From the NCBI GenBank assembly GCA_002104945.1, contig MCFH01000016.1, forward strand, positions 186,001-250,000: a DNA stretch of 64,000 bases. Direction: 5' to 3'. The number at the start of each line of letters is the position of its first letter. Position 1 is the first letter of the stretch. A program made the translations under genes and the position numbers. This document shows positions 1 through 13,274 of the stretch, in pieces. Source of the DNA: Piromyces finnis finn. Its lineage: Eukaryota; Fungi; Neocallimastigomycota. The notes beneath the pieces were generated by a model. The model saw nothing but the letters and a program-made list of their open reading frames with translations. It made no database searches and was not told the origin of the DNA.

Positions 1-1561
1 TTTATGAAAATTTTCTTTTTATAAATAGATAATCATTTATATATTTTTTATATCATCAATAATAATAATAATAATAATAATAATTTAATGTTAAATTTAA
101 AACAAAAATTAAAACAAAAATTAATTAAATTTTATATTAAAAGTAATTTTTATGTTTGTCTTTTCATAATATTTATTATTTTATTTTAAAACTTCCTCGT
201 TTTTTTTTTTTTATTATTAATTGTGTTTATATATATATATATGTTTTTTAATGTAAATGTTTTTACAAAGCTATTTTAATGCATTAATTTAAAATTTTTT
301 TTCAATGCATTATTCTCTAATAATTTAAAGAGGATATCGTTGACTTTATTAAATTGTAATTATTTAAAAAAATACAGAATTAAAAATTAATATAGATACA
401 TGTACATTTCAACAGTCTTAGTAATAGATTATAAAGTGTATCGAAATGTATTTTAATAAGAAGTAATTTAAAGTTTTTAATGCATTATTATGAAAAGGCA
501 TCTCTAATTAATTTTATGGAGTTTTTTTTTTTTTCGGGCTTTGATCTATAGAATGATTCATTTTCATTATTTATAAGCTTTTATTAAGAAATAATAGTAT
601 AATGTATTATGGATTGACTGATTTTATCATTATAAATAGAATAGATTTGTTCTTTTTTTTTTTAATTTGCTAATACTCAACTTTTATTTTCTTTCTATTT
701 TTTTTTTTTTTAATACTAAACTATTGAATTGATATAAAAAGTCTATATAAAAAGTCTATGTCTTCGTACTATTTTATATATTTTATAAATATTTAATTTA
801 TACATACATAGATTTATATATTTATATATAAAAATATAACAAATTAAAAAATAAAATAAAAATAAAAAATTAGACCCAACTATAGTCTAAACCAAATACA
901 TAAACGGATATTTAGTATCCAAATTAATAATAAAATAAAATAAATAAAAAAAACAATTTATAAATACTAATAATAATATTAGTCGTAAAAGAAAAAACCT
1001 GCCAATTAATAAATTTATTACCATAAAAATAATATACTCTAAAAAAATTAATTTAAAAAATAGTAATAATAAAAAATTGTTATAAAACAAATTTAATTAT
1101 AAAATAAAATAAAATAAATAACTAAATACTATAAAAAAAAAAAGTAAGTGAAAACTTTTATTTTTAAAATTATTATAATAAAAAATTATCTTTTTTTTTT
1201 TTAATAATAGTATACAGATGCTGTATATAAACAAGGTTAAAATATGGTTTAATTATTATTTATGATTATAAAGTACCCTTTTACCTTTTTTTTTTTATTC
1301 ATCAAAGTTAACCCTTTTAATTTTTCTGTAAAATCAAATTAATAGAAAGCATCCTATATAATATTATTATACAATATTATATGAATTAAATTATATTAAT
1401 CAATATATTTAAAAAAATAATTTATCTCATAGAATTATGTAGAAATAAATATAATACTTTAAAGATAAATTAAATTTTAATATATTGTAAACTATTATTG
1501 ATATATATTAATTTATATTAATGGTTAATACATATGTATTTAGAATAAATAGAATCCACCA

Positions 1562-3286
1562 ATGGGAAGCCAGAAAAAATTTTTTTACAAACGTATACTA
1601 CTAAAGATCAAAAAATCAACATTTGTAAAAAATTTTTCTTTACACAAAAAAAAAACTTTATTATCTAATAATAGTTTTGAAATAAACAAAATGACTTACA
1701 CTACTCGTAACGTTAACCCAAGATACACCTTAGAACACAGAGTCTTTGTTGGTAAGTTTCTATTATGACTTTTATAATTATTTTTATTATTTAAAAAAAT
1801 GTTAATAGGAATAATGGTAGTTAGTTTTTCTTTTTTTAAAAGTAAAATTGATTATAAAATGAAAACTAATTTTTCTTTTTCTTTCAATAATTAAAATGAT
1901 TTTATTTAAATAAAATAGAAAAGGACGGAAAGGTCGTCTCCCCATTCCACGACATTCCACTTTACGCCAATGAAGACAAAACTGTTTTAAACATGGTTGT
2001 TGAAATTCCAAGATGGACCAACGCTAAGGCTGAAGTAAATAGAAAAAAATAAATTATTTTTTTTTGAAAGATTTTAAAATTAAATTTTATGGAACAAATA
2101 AAGTAACTTTTTAATATTTTAAATTTTAACAAATAAAAAATTTGATTATTTCAAACAAAAGATCAGTAAGGAAGATTACTTCAACCCAATCAAGCAAGAT
2201 ACTAAGAAGGGTAAGCTCAGATTCGTCAGAAACTGCTTCCCACACCACGGTTACATCTGGAACTACGGTGCTTTCCCACAAGTAAGTAAAATTATATAAA
2301 ATAAAAATATTAATTGTAAAAAAAGGATATATTTTTTTCTTATGTAAAAAAATTCTTTTTATATTAAAAGACCTGGGAAGACCCAACCCAACAACACCCA
2401 GACACCAAGGCTAGAGGTGACAACGATCCATTAGATGTCATTGAAATTGGTGAAAGAGTCGCTAAGTGCGGTGAAGTTAAGCAAGTTAAGGTTCTCGGTA
2501 TCATGGCTTTATTAGATGAAGGTGAAACCGATTGGAAGGTTATTGTCATTGATGTCAATGATCCACTTGCTCCAAAGTTAAACGGTAATTAAAAGTTTAT
2601 TTTGATAAAGAAAAATGCTAAATAATATAATAAAATATTAATGCTTATTGTAAATTGCAAAATTATAGATGTTGAAGATGTTGAAAAGCACCTTCCAGGT
2701 CTTCTTAAGGCCACTAACGAATGGTTCCGTATCTACAAGATCCCAGACGGTAAACCAGAAAACGAATTCGCTTTCAATGGTGAAGCCAAGAACAAGGCTT
2801 ACGCTACTGAAGTTATTGCTGAAACTCACGAAGCCTGGAAGAGATTAATTACCAAGGCTATCCCATCTAAGAGCGACAGTTATGATATTTGCGTGTAAGT
2901 ATTTTATTTGTATTTATTTTAAGTGTGAGAAGAAGGAATTTAATTTTTAATGTATATAATGACAAATTCCAGTGCCAATGTTGCTGTTAACGACAGTCCA
3001 TACAAGGTTGCTGCTGATGAAGAAAAGTACGCCGCTATCCCAGCTGTAAGTATTTAATAAAAATGATGATTGAATAATGTAATGTGTGATTTTATATTAA
3101 TGAAATATCTTTTTTTTAAAAATTAAATAGGCTACTCCATACTCTGAAGCTCCAATTGATCCATCTGGTAAATATATTTAATAATATTGAGTTTTGATAA
3201 ATGAAAATAAACTAATATATATTTTTTAAATTTATTAAATATTAATAGTTGACAAGTGGTTCTTCCTTTCTGGTACCCCAAACTAA
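1562..3286 (+). CDS. IPP1: Soluble inorganic pyrophosphatase (family I), 8 exons; two in-frame ATGs (1562 and 1691)
   Basis: Exons approx. 1562/1691-1751, 1919-2034, 2162-2281, 2371-2584, 2669-2894, 2973-3045, 3131-3167, 3249-3286, all GT-AG and phase-consistent. Motifs [70 protein letters not shown] and C-terminal DKWFFLSG match fungal Ipp1. Confidence 0.97.
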
Positions 3287-4172
3287 ATTAATTAAAATCT
3301 CTAACTATCGTAAAAATAATTAGTTAAAAAAAAGAAAGAAAATATTACTAAAAAGATAATAAGAACAAATTATCTTTAAACTAGTTGGGTACTAAAAAAA
3401 AAACAAATTAGGAAATAAATTCTAATTTTTAAAATAAGTAATTTGTAAAATAATATTTTACATTAAAGATAAAAAAAAAATAAAATAATAAAAATAATTG
3501 CAAATAAAAAAAAATAAAAAAAAAATTGCATCATTAATTTGTGTGTTAAAATTTTGTAACGAAAATTTGGATATATATTTTGGATAAAAAATTGGTCAAA
3601 AAGTCAATTTTTAAATAATTTTGACCAGGTGGTGTTAAGCACATAAAATTTAAGTACATTTAAAATTTAATAAAATTTTATGACCTACAAATAAAAATAA
3701 TAATTTAAATTATCAAAGGACAATTTGAAATGTTAAGGTTTTCCTATAAAATAGAACAAAAAACTCTTTAAAAACCAATAATTATTCATCATTAAAAATT
3801 TATTAATAAATAAAAAATTCTGTTATTTTTATTAAAAATTTATAATTAAAAATAAAAAAAAAATTAATAAATACTTTAATTTTAAAATTTGAAATAACAT
3901 AAAATCTTAAAATTGTAAACATTCCTTCATCCCTTATTGTATTTATAATATATCAGCAATATATAAAATATTAAGATGATTGATTAAAATTTTGAAATAT
4001 AACCAATCATTAAACTAAATAATCAAAAAATGTAATAAAGATTTTTAAAAAATAAAATTCAAAATTTAAATTTTAGCAAAACAATACAATATATATTATA
4101 AATATATTATAATATATGATATAATATATTATCAATTCAATCAATTTATTTAACTATCATTATATTTATATC

Positions 4173-4203
<31 letters not shown>

Positions 4204-4872
4204 CTACACTTAAAAATTAGACATTAAAAAATCAAAAAGTAAGAAAAAAAAAAGATAATTTTAATAAACATTTTTTTGTAGTATTTTTAAATTATTATAC
4301 TTAATTATTTTTTTGTGCCTTTTTTTATCTGTTTTAATTATTTTTTTTTTACTATAATAAATTATAGAGGTAATTTATTAAAGAAAGGAAATAATTTTGA
4401 AATGATAATTAAAAAATTGATTAAATGAAATTATTTTAAAACCTAATCCCGTAACATTTAAAAAATATATATATATATATAAGAAAAAAATTAATAATTC
4501 ATATTTGCAACCTATCAATTATATAAAACAATTAATAATATAATATCAACAATAAAATAATTCATTATTCTATATTATGTATATAACGTGATAAGTTAAA
4601 TAAAAGTTATAAAACAATTTTAATATACATCCAATTATATAGAATAATAATGAGAAAAATATTCAATATATAATTTAGTATGAATGAAAGATCTTAAAAT
4701 TAAATGGAATTTCAGATAAATTCTTTCTAATAATATTTTTTTAATTTAAATGATATTTTTTTTTTTAACATTTATTATTAAATATGAATAAAATTAAGGT
4801 AGACTAATATTAATATTTATATTTATTAAAATAATTATGATGGAAATTTTATTCAATAATTAAAAATTAAAG

Positions 4873-7492
4873 ATGGGTAAATCTAAAAAAGAAATTGAAG
4901 CAGAAAAGAAATTAAAGGAAATGGAAGAAGATTCAAGTTCAGACAGTTCCAGCAGTGAATCTTCTGAAGATGAATCAAACTCAAAGAAGAGAAAAAATGA
5001 ATTCAATGATTCAGAAAATAAGTCAAAGAAAGCTAAAGTAGATTCAGATAGTGACAGCAGTTCATCAGACAGTGACAGTGACAGTAGTTCATCAGACAGT
5101 GATAGTGACAGCAGTTCATCAGACAGTGATAGTGACAGTAGTTCATCAGATAGTGATAGTGACAGTAGTTCATCAGACAGTGATAGTGACAGCAGTTCAT
5201 CAGACAGTGATAGTGACAGTAGTTCAGATTCTGATTCTTCAGACGATGAAGAAGAAAAAAAGGAAGAATCATCTGACAGCTCAGATTCAGATTCTTCTGA
5301 AAGTGAAAGTGAAAAGGATGAAGAAAAGAAGGAAGAAAAGAAGGAAGAATCTGATGATTCTTCTGATTCAGACAGTGATAGTTCATCTTCTTCAAGCAGT
5401 TCAGACTCAGATTCTGACAGTTCAGACAGTGACAGTTCAGATTCTGACTCAGATTCTGATTCTGAAAGTGAAAAGGAAGAAGAAAAGAAGGAAGAAAAGA
5501 TGGAAGAAGATAAGAAGGAAGAATCCTCTGATTCTTCTGATTCTTCTGATTCAGATAGTGATAGTGACAGTTCTGATAGTGATAGTTCATCTTCTTCAAG
5601 CAGTTCAGACTCAGATTCTGACAGTTCAGACAGTGACAGTTCAGATTCTGACTCGGATTCTGATTCTGAAAGTGAAAAGGAAGAAGAAAAGAAAGAAGAA
5701 AAGATGGAAGAAGATAAGAAGGAAGAATCCTCTGATTCTTCTGATTCTTCTGATTCAGATAGTGATAGTGATAGTGACAGTTCTGATAGTGATAGTTCAT
5801 CTTCTTCTTCAAGCAGTTCAGACTCAGATTCTGACAGTTCAGACAGTGACAGTTCAGATTCTGACTCAGATTCTGATTCTGAAAGTGAAAAGGAAGAAGA
5901 TAAGAAGGAAGAAGATAAGAAGGAAGAATCCTCTGATTCTTCTGATTCTTCTGATTCAGATAGTGATAGTGACAGTTCTGATAGTGATAGTTCATCTTCT
6001 TCTTCAAGCAGTTCAGACTCAGATTCTGACAGTTCAGACAGTGACAGTTCAGATTCTGACTCAGATTCTGACTCAGATTCTGATAGTGATAGTTCATCAT
6101 CTTCAAGCAGTTCTGATTCCGATAGTTCAGATGATAATGAAATGGATGTTGATAAAAAGGAAGAAGAAAAGAAGGAAGAAAAGAAGGAAGAATCTGATGA
6201 TTCTTCAGACTCCTCATCAGACTCTGATGATTCTTCTGATGAAAGCTCAGATTCCTCAAGTGATGAAGAAGATAAAATGGATGTTGATGAAAAGAAAGAA
6301 TCTTCCTCATCAGATTCTGACTCTTCTGATTCTTCTGACTCAGATTCCGAATCAGACTCAGACTCTTCATCTTCTGATGATGAAGAAGAAAAGAAGGAAG
6401 AAAAGAAGGAAGAAGAAAAGAAAGAAGAATCATCTGATTCCTCAGACTCAGATTCAGATTCCTCAAGTTCAGATTCAGATTCTTCAAGCTCAGACTCAGA
6501 CTCAGATTCAGACTCAGACTCTTCATCTTCTGATGACGAAGAAGAAGAAAAGGAAGAAGAAAAGAAAGAAGAAAAGAAAGAAGAATCATCTGATTCTTCA
6601 GACTCAGACTCCTCAGATTCTGATTCATCAAGTTCAGACTCAGATTCTGATTCAGACTCTTCATCATCTGATGATGAAGAAGAAGAAAAGAAGGAAGAAG
6701 AAAAGAAAGAAGAATCATCTGATTCCGACTCCTCAGATTCAGATTCTTCAAGCTCAGACTCAGACTCAGATTCCGACTCAGACTCTTCATCTTCTGATGA
6801 CGAAGAAGAAAAGAAGGAAGAAGAAAAGAAAGAAGAAAAGAAGGAAGAATCATCTGATTCTTCAGACTCAGATTCCTCAGATTCTGATTCATCAAGCTCA
6901 GACTCAGATTCCGATTCAGACTCTTCATCTTCTGATGATGAAGAAGAAAAGAAAGAAGAAAAGAAAGAAGAAACTGAATCAAATTCATCTTCTGAATCTG
7001 ATAATAAGGAAGAAAATGATGAAGCTAGTAATAAGCGTAAGAGAGATGAACCAGCTCCAAAACCAAAGAAGAAGCGTCATGTAAGCATTATAATATAAAT
7101 TAATTTTTAAATATTTATCAAGTATAATTAACTTTATTAAATAAATTTTAGCAAAATGAACCATTCAAGAGAATAAAAGATGAAGATGTTGTATTCTTAG
7201 ATGAAAGATTAAAAGATAACAGTTTCATGGCCAAGGTAAAATAAATTATTAAATAATGAAACATTTCAAAAATAAATTTGAAATAAAATTAATAATAAAA
7301 TAATAATTTGATATTATATTAATAATAAATTAGGGTGGTGCAATTGGTTCTTATGGTGAAAAAGCTCATAGAGATTTAATTGTTACCCGTGGTAAAGGTT
7401 TCCGTAATGAAAAGAACAAGAAAAAGAGAGGTTCATATAGAGGAGGAAAAATTGATTTAGAATCACACAGTATTAAATTCAACTTTGATTAA
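4873..7492 (+). CDS. SRP40: Srp40/Nopp140 (NOLC1)-like nucleolar phosphoprotein, 3 coding exons
   Basis: Exons 4873-7080, 7152-7235, 7334-7492. A long S/D/E/K repeat body is followed by the SRP40 C-terminal signature NEPFKRIK...DERLKDNSF...[37 protein letters not shown]...SIKF. A possible 5'UTR intron (4239-4872) ends directly before the ATG. Confidence 0.93.
5048..6970 (+). repeat. Nested coding tandem repeats within the SRP40-like gene
   Basis: About 7 copies of a 27-nt unit (agtgatagtgacagtagttcatcagac) at 5048-5225; about 4 copies of a ~195-210 nt unit at ~5377-6110; about 5 copies of a ~125-160 nt unit at ~6300-6970. Confidence 0.9.
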
Positions 7493-8203
7493 TTCTGATC
7501 GTTACCACATCATCATAAAAAATCTATTATAACATAAGAAATGTTTTTTTCATTTTTTAATTTAATTTATACATTTTTCTGTTTTTAAATTATTATTAAT
7601 CATTTAATTAACAAAATGTTTTTTTAGTTCGTTTAATAATCTAATTTTTCTTTTTTATTTTTTTTTTTAAAAAAGTTAAATTTATTATCATATATTTTAG
7701 ATTAACTATTTATTTAAATAAATATTATTGTTTTTTTTTTTTATTATATTCATTCATATTTTTATATATATAAATTATACATTAAAAGAAAATAAGAAAA
7801 CAACTTTTATCAAAAATAAAAGTTTTTTATTTTTTTATCTATATAAATACAAAAAAAAAAAAAATTTTTTTAATAGACAAAATAAACTTTTTATATATAA
7901 AAAAAAAAAAGAGATTCTTACAATTGAATACATGAGTGTTTTTATTTTTTAAGTAAACTTTAAAAAGTGTAATTTCGATTAAATCATGAAAATTTGTTTA
8001 TATATAAAAAAATTTTTTTTTTCAAAGGATAAATAAAATATAAATAAAATATTAAATGTATTGTATGTAATAATTAAAGAAAGTTTTTTTTTTTTTTTTT
8101 TTTTTGATTTTCAAATTTATAAAAGATTAAAATACAGTTTATTATAAGAAAATATATATTTTTTATAAAGTTTTTACCTTATTTTTTGATAATAAGGATA
8201 TAC

Positions 8204-8239
<36 letters not shown>

Positions 8240-8358
8240 CATTACTTTTTCTATAATAACACTTCATTAAAAAATTATCTACCAACAACTTTTTTTTTTT
8301 TTTTTAAATTTTATTTTATATTTAATAAAAAATTATAAAGTCATTAGAAAAGATAGAT

Positions 8359-11300
8359 ATGAATTCTGAATATATTAATTTATTAACAGATGATGACAAT
8401 GATGATAATCTCTATATTAGAATTAATATTGATAATGAAAGTCTCAAAGATACTATAGAAAATGATAATAATTATACTAGTAGTATTAATTATAATACTA
8501 TTAACAACAATAACAATATGAGTTATTATTCTTCCGCTCTTTCATTAGAAAAGGATCTTTATTCCAATTCTAAAAATGAATATAATTTAATTGAAAGTCA
8601 AATTAATAAAATTATATCATCAAATCAATCAATTACATCTAGAATTAGTAATAATCTTCCAAATAACACAACAACCACGATGACGACTACCACTACTAAT
8701 AATAAAACCTATCCCAGTGACGATTTCAGAAGTAAAATATCTAAACTTTCAACTGATTTTTTATTTAATGATGATGAAGATGATATAAATTATGAGGATT
8801 ATGAAGAAGAAGAAGATGATGATGATGATGAAGATGAAGAAAAAGAGGATGAAGGAGAGAATGAGGATCAATCAAATTATCAACTATTAATGGATAATAA
8901 AAATCATTTTTCAGAAATTGATTTAACCTCTATTGCAAATTCTGATCATAGTTATTTAATTAAAGTTAAAAATCTTATAAAAAAAAGTAAAACTAAAAAA
9001 TTAGAAATGAAAGAGAGTGATGTGGATGATAAAGATAAAACGGAAGAAGAAGAAGAAGAAGAAGAAAATGAGGAAATTACTAATGATATTAGTGATGAAG
9101 AAGAAATTGATGAAATAGATATAGATGAAGAGGAAGAAGAGGGAGAAGAAGATGATGATAATGAAGAAGAAGAAATAGAAGAAGAGGAAGAAATTGAAGT
9201 AAGTAGTAAAATGGAAAATAAACCAAAACATATTCATCATGAAAAAAATAAATATCATAGCAATACCAGTCTTAATTCAGATTATGTTTCAAATTTTACG
9301 TACAATACAAAAAGTAAAAAAAGAAAATCCAAGGAGAATAAAAAAAAAAATGATGAAAAAGAATCCACTAAAAGTACTGTATCTTCTTTCAATCAAGCCT
9401 TATCTCAATATTCCTTATCAGGTATATCTTCTCAAAGTACCATCAAGTCTCTTATTGCAAAAAATAAATTATTAATGGAGATTGAAAAATTAAAAGAATT
9501 AAATTCTAAGCTTTCCAAATCTTCTCTTTCAAATAACAATGAATCATCAAAAAATTTGGAATCATTAAATGGTGGTGAAGATATTGATGATAATATTCTT
9601 TATTCTATCGCTGGTGATCAAATAACCAATTTATCTTCCCCTAAAAAGTCAGATTATCATAAAGATAATACTACCATTCCTGAACAAATGGAAAACGATA
9701 ATTATATGGTAGCAGTTTCGTCTGGCGGTTCAACCTCCTCTATTATTACTTCATCTAAAAAGTTAAAAGAAAAGGATCAATTATTAGAAAATTTAAAACA
9801 CCTTTCTTCAACGAATAAATCCCCTTCCATCAGAAAATCAGAGAAAAATATTCATGATAAAAGTACGGCAACAACCGAAAAAATAACTCAAAATAGTAAA
9901 ATTGAAGAAAATAAAGAAAATGAAAATCTTTCTGAACTTATTTCATCATCTCATTCTATAGCAAAACAATTATTCAATGAAACCGAATTAACAAAAGATA
10001 CCAAAAGTATCCATAGTGACTATTCTAATCTTCAAAGTTTGAAAACACAATCCAGTAAATCTAAATCAAAATCAAATAGGATTAAAGGAAAAGAAAAAGA
10101 TCTACAAGAAATAAATAATAATATTAATTCTAAAAAAAAAGATATAAATCCTTCTATTCATTTGAATCATAATAACAAAAATCATGTTTCTAATGGTGAT
10201 GATAGTAGTGGTAGCAGTACTATTAATGATAATAAGAAATATCCTAAAATATATGATGATACCCAATTTTTCAATTTGAATTCTTTTCTAAATGATAAAT
10301 CTAATATCAGTAAAAATCAATCAAATTCCAAAGGTAGTATGAATATAAATACTAGAACTAATAATGGTAATTTGAAAAAAAAATATTTTATTTTTATATT
10401 ATTGTTAATGTATTTATGGATAATTCATTTTCTAATTATTCATATTTATATAATGATTTTACCAATAATTATTAAAATATAATATGATATAAAAATTTTA
10501 TTTAAAATTTAGATGATCCACAATTATTCATAAAAAATAATTGCATGCCTGAATCCTTTTCGAAAAAGTCTGATATAAATAATCGATTTTCTTATGAAGC
10601 ACCTTCTGTGATCACTAAAAATAAATCGTCAAGAAGTGATAATGATTTTTCCGTAAGTGAACGTATTTTTGAAAATACAGCAGATATAGAGGAATATCAA
10701 ATTCAAAAGAAGAGGATAGATAAGAAATTTTTTAAAAAGTGGAAAGAGGTAAATGATCAACTTGAAGCTAAAAATAAACAATCTAATCAGAGTAATGATA
10801 TTAATAACAATAATAATAAAGGTGTCGGTAATAATGAATATTCCAATTATCATAAAAGTAGTAGTAAGAAAAGCAGCAGCAGTTTCTATAATAATAAAAA
10901 ATCAAAATCTTCTAATTCTTCAAATGATACCGCATCCATTATTGCAAATAGTGATGCTATCTATATAAATAATAAATCAAATAAAAGGCATCATGATTTT
11001 TCTCCTATTAAGATAAAACAAGAACCATCTTTATTGAACTCCAATAATAATAAAAGCAATAATAATAATAGAAATGAAATATCCAGTACTGGTTCTATTA
11101 CCCCTAAGCAATTCCAAACTATATTTCAAATTAATAATGAGATTGAAAATAAGTCAATCTATACGTCTTCTTCTCCATTAAAAATTAATAATCCCAATAG
11201 TAATAATTTTACAATAAAAACGGATACAATAAATCATCATCCTTCCTATGATAATCTACATCATCCAATAAATACAGTTTTAATGTCTTCTAATCTTCCA

Positions 11301-12215
11301 TCTTCTCAATCTATTGAATCCCATTCTATACCCCCATCACAATTACAACCTCAATTACAACCTCAATTACAACCTCAATTACAACCTCAACTACAACCTC
11401 AACTACAACCTCAACTACAACCTCAATTACAACCTCAATTACAACCTCAATTACAACCTCAACTACAACCTCAACTACAACCTCAATTACAACCTCAATT
11501 ACAACCTCAAACATTATATAATGATAAAGATACTATTGATATATATAAAACTTATAAAAATGATGATCCTGTAATTAATTTACGAATTAAAAATCATCCA
11601 ATTGATTCCAATCTTAAAGATAATATTGTATCTCATTCAGAAGTTTATTCCCTTCTTACCAATCAAATTAAGGATTTAAATAAACAAAATAAAGAAAAAG
11701 ATGAAAAAATTAGTAAATTAATGCAACAACTTCAACAAGAAAATCGTACCATAGAATCCCTAAAATCAAAAATACATAAATTAAGAAAAGAAAATAATCG
11801 AATTAATGAACGAAACCATCGTAATTTCAAAAAATTTATTATTAAGAGCGATGAACATCTTTATAATACTGAAAAAGAATATCTTAAACGGATCCGTGAA
11901 CTTGAATTAGAATTATATAAGGAAAGACTTAATCATAAGAGTATCAATAAAGCCTCCTCAAATCAAATTAAGAAGCTTAGTGAAGAATTAGAAATCACTA
12001 ATAAGGAATATAAAAAAAATAAAAAGGAATTGAATATAAGACAAAATATACAATTAGACTCACTTTATAAAGAATTTGCTCAATTAAAAAAGAAAATCAA
12101 TAACGATAAACATGAACAAAAAGACGTAAATCTAGATTTAATTTTCAAAGCATTAAATGAAAAAAATGCCTATGCTAACGAATTTATTAATAAACTAATG
12201 AATAAAATAAAATGA
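8359..12215 (+). CDS. Hypothetical ~1,235 aa low-complexity protein: acidic N-terminal half, S/N-rich middle, (PQLQ)13 array, C-terminal coiled coil
   Basis: ORFs 8359-10482 and 10545-12215 are joined in frame by a phase-1 intron 10367-10512 (gtaatt...tttag). The last ~200 aa show a heptad-like K/E/L pattern. No family recognised. Confidence 0.8.
11337..11510 (+). repeat. 12-nt coding minisatellite cctcaa(t/c)tacaa, about 14.5 copies, encoding SQLQ(PQLQ)13PQ
   Basis: Read directly; units differ only in the synonymous Leu codon TTA/CTA. Confidence 0.97.
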
Positions 12216-13274
12216 AAAAAGTTTTTTTTTTTTAAAAAGAAAAAAAGTTAACTTTTTATAGATATAAACTAAATAATTTATAGAATATACTGAAAATTAT
12301 TGATAATATAATTATATAATATAACATTTTTTCCATATATCACTCCTTTTTTTTTCCTTTATCTATAGAAATAAAATTTTTAAAATAAAAAGAATTAAAA
12401 TATACCTGTTTTTTTAAAAAAAAATTAAATTTTATTTAAAGAGTTATATTAAAAATTATGTGTTGACAATACGTATGTATATATACAATTTTTTTTTTTT
12501 TTTTGTTAAAAGTATAAATAATAAATAATGAGTAGTTGATAAATATTATATTTATATATTATCAATTTTTTATATATAAATTATTATATATAGTTTCTTT
12601 TCTTTTTTATTATCTTTACTTTTACTTTGTTCCATATATTTTTAGGAATCGCTTTTTTTGTTGCTGTTTTCTTTTCCTTTCATTTTTTAAGAAGAAGAAA
12701 AGAATTCTTTAATTAGTTGATAAATATAATTAAATATGAATATTATTTAGATTTAATTGAAAAGAACATTTCTTTTTCATTTATTAGATAAACCTTAAAA
12801 TTTATCATAACTAATTTTCACTTATTTTTTTAGTTTTTTTTTTTGTCTTTAAAAAAATAAAATTTATATATAAATTATTGGTTAGTTATAATTTTACTTC
12901 TTTTAATAATTTTTTTTAAAAAATAATAAAAATATTTCTAGTGTAAAAATTTTATATCATTTTTAGCATTAAGAAAAAAGGGAAATTATAGAATTGTAAT
13001 AAATTGGATTATTTATAAATTATTGCAATTTTGAATATTTTATACTAAACGTATTATATTAAATTATTTAGTGACTTCAAATTTGAAATATTTCATATTA
13101 TATAATACTATAATACTAATAATTATTATTTATATCTTTTTTTTTTTTTTTGTTATTAGTACTATAGTATAATGAAAAATAAATATTAAATATATATGAT
13201 ATATTGAATAAATAAATAAATAAAATAAAAGGTTGGCATGTTTTTATTTTATTCATTTATTTCTTATTTTTGCG

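Noticed and set aside
887-1090. Short F/I/L/K/Y-rich ORFs here and at 7728, 15582, 15800, 17438, 18432, 20758, 30429, 51166 and similar
   Set aside because: Composition is that expected from translating AT-rich non-coding DNA or the antisense of real exons; no motifs and no convincing splice support.
3061-3130. ATGATGA (box C-like) inside an IPP1 intron, suggesting an intronic C/D snoRNA
   Set aside because: No box D (CTGA) or terminal stem within the intron.
3593-3627. 9-bp inverted repeat tggtcaaaa...ttttgacca between IPP1 and SRP40
   Set aside because: Short and A/T-dominated, with no transposase or target-site duplication; expected by chance.
5033-7084. Two ~650-680 aa overlapping ORFs (5051-7084 on +, 5033-6988 on -) over the SRP40-like gene
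   Set aside because: Both frames read codon positions 2-3-1 of the S/D/E/K repeat. Stops there need a T in codon position 2 (or xCT followed by A for the antisense frame), which this composition almost never supplies. They are shadow ORFs.
11314-11574. (NYNL)n and (EVVI/V)n ORFs
   Set aside because: Alternative-frame and antisense readings of the PQLQ minisatellite.
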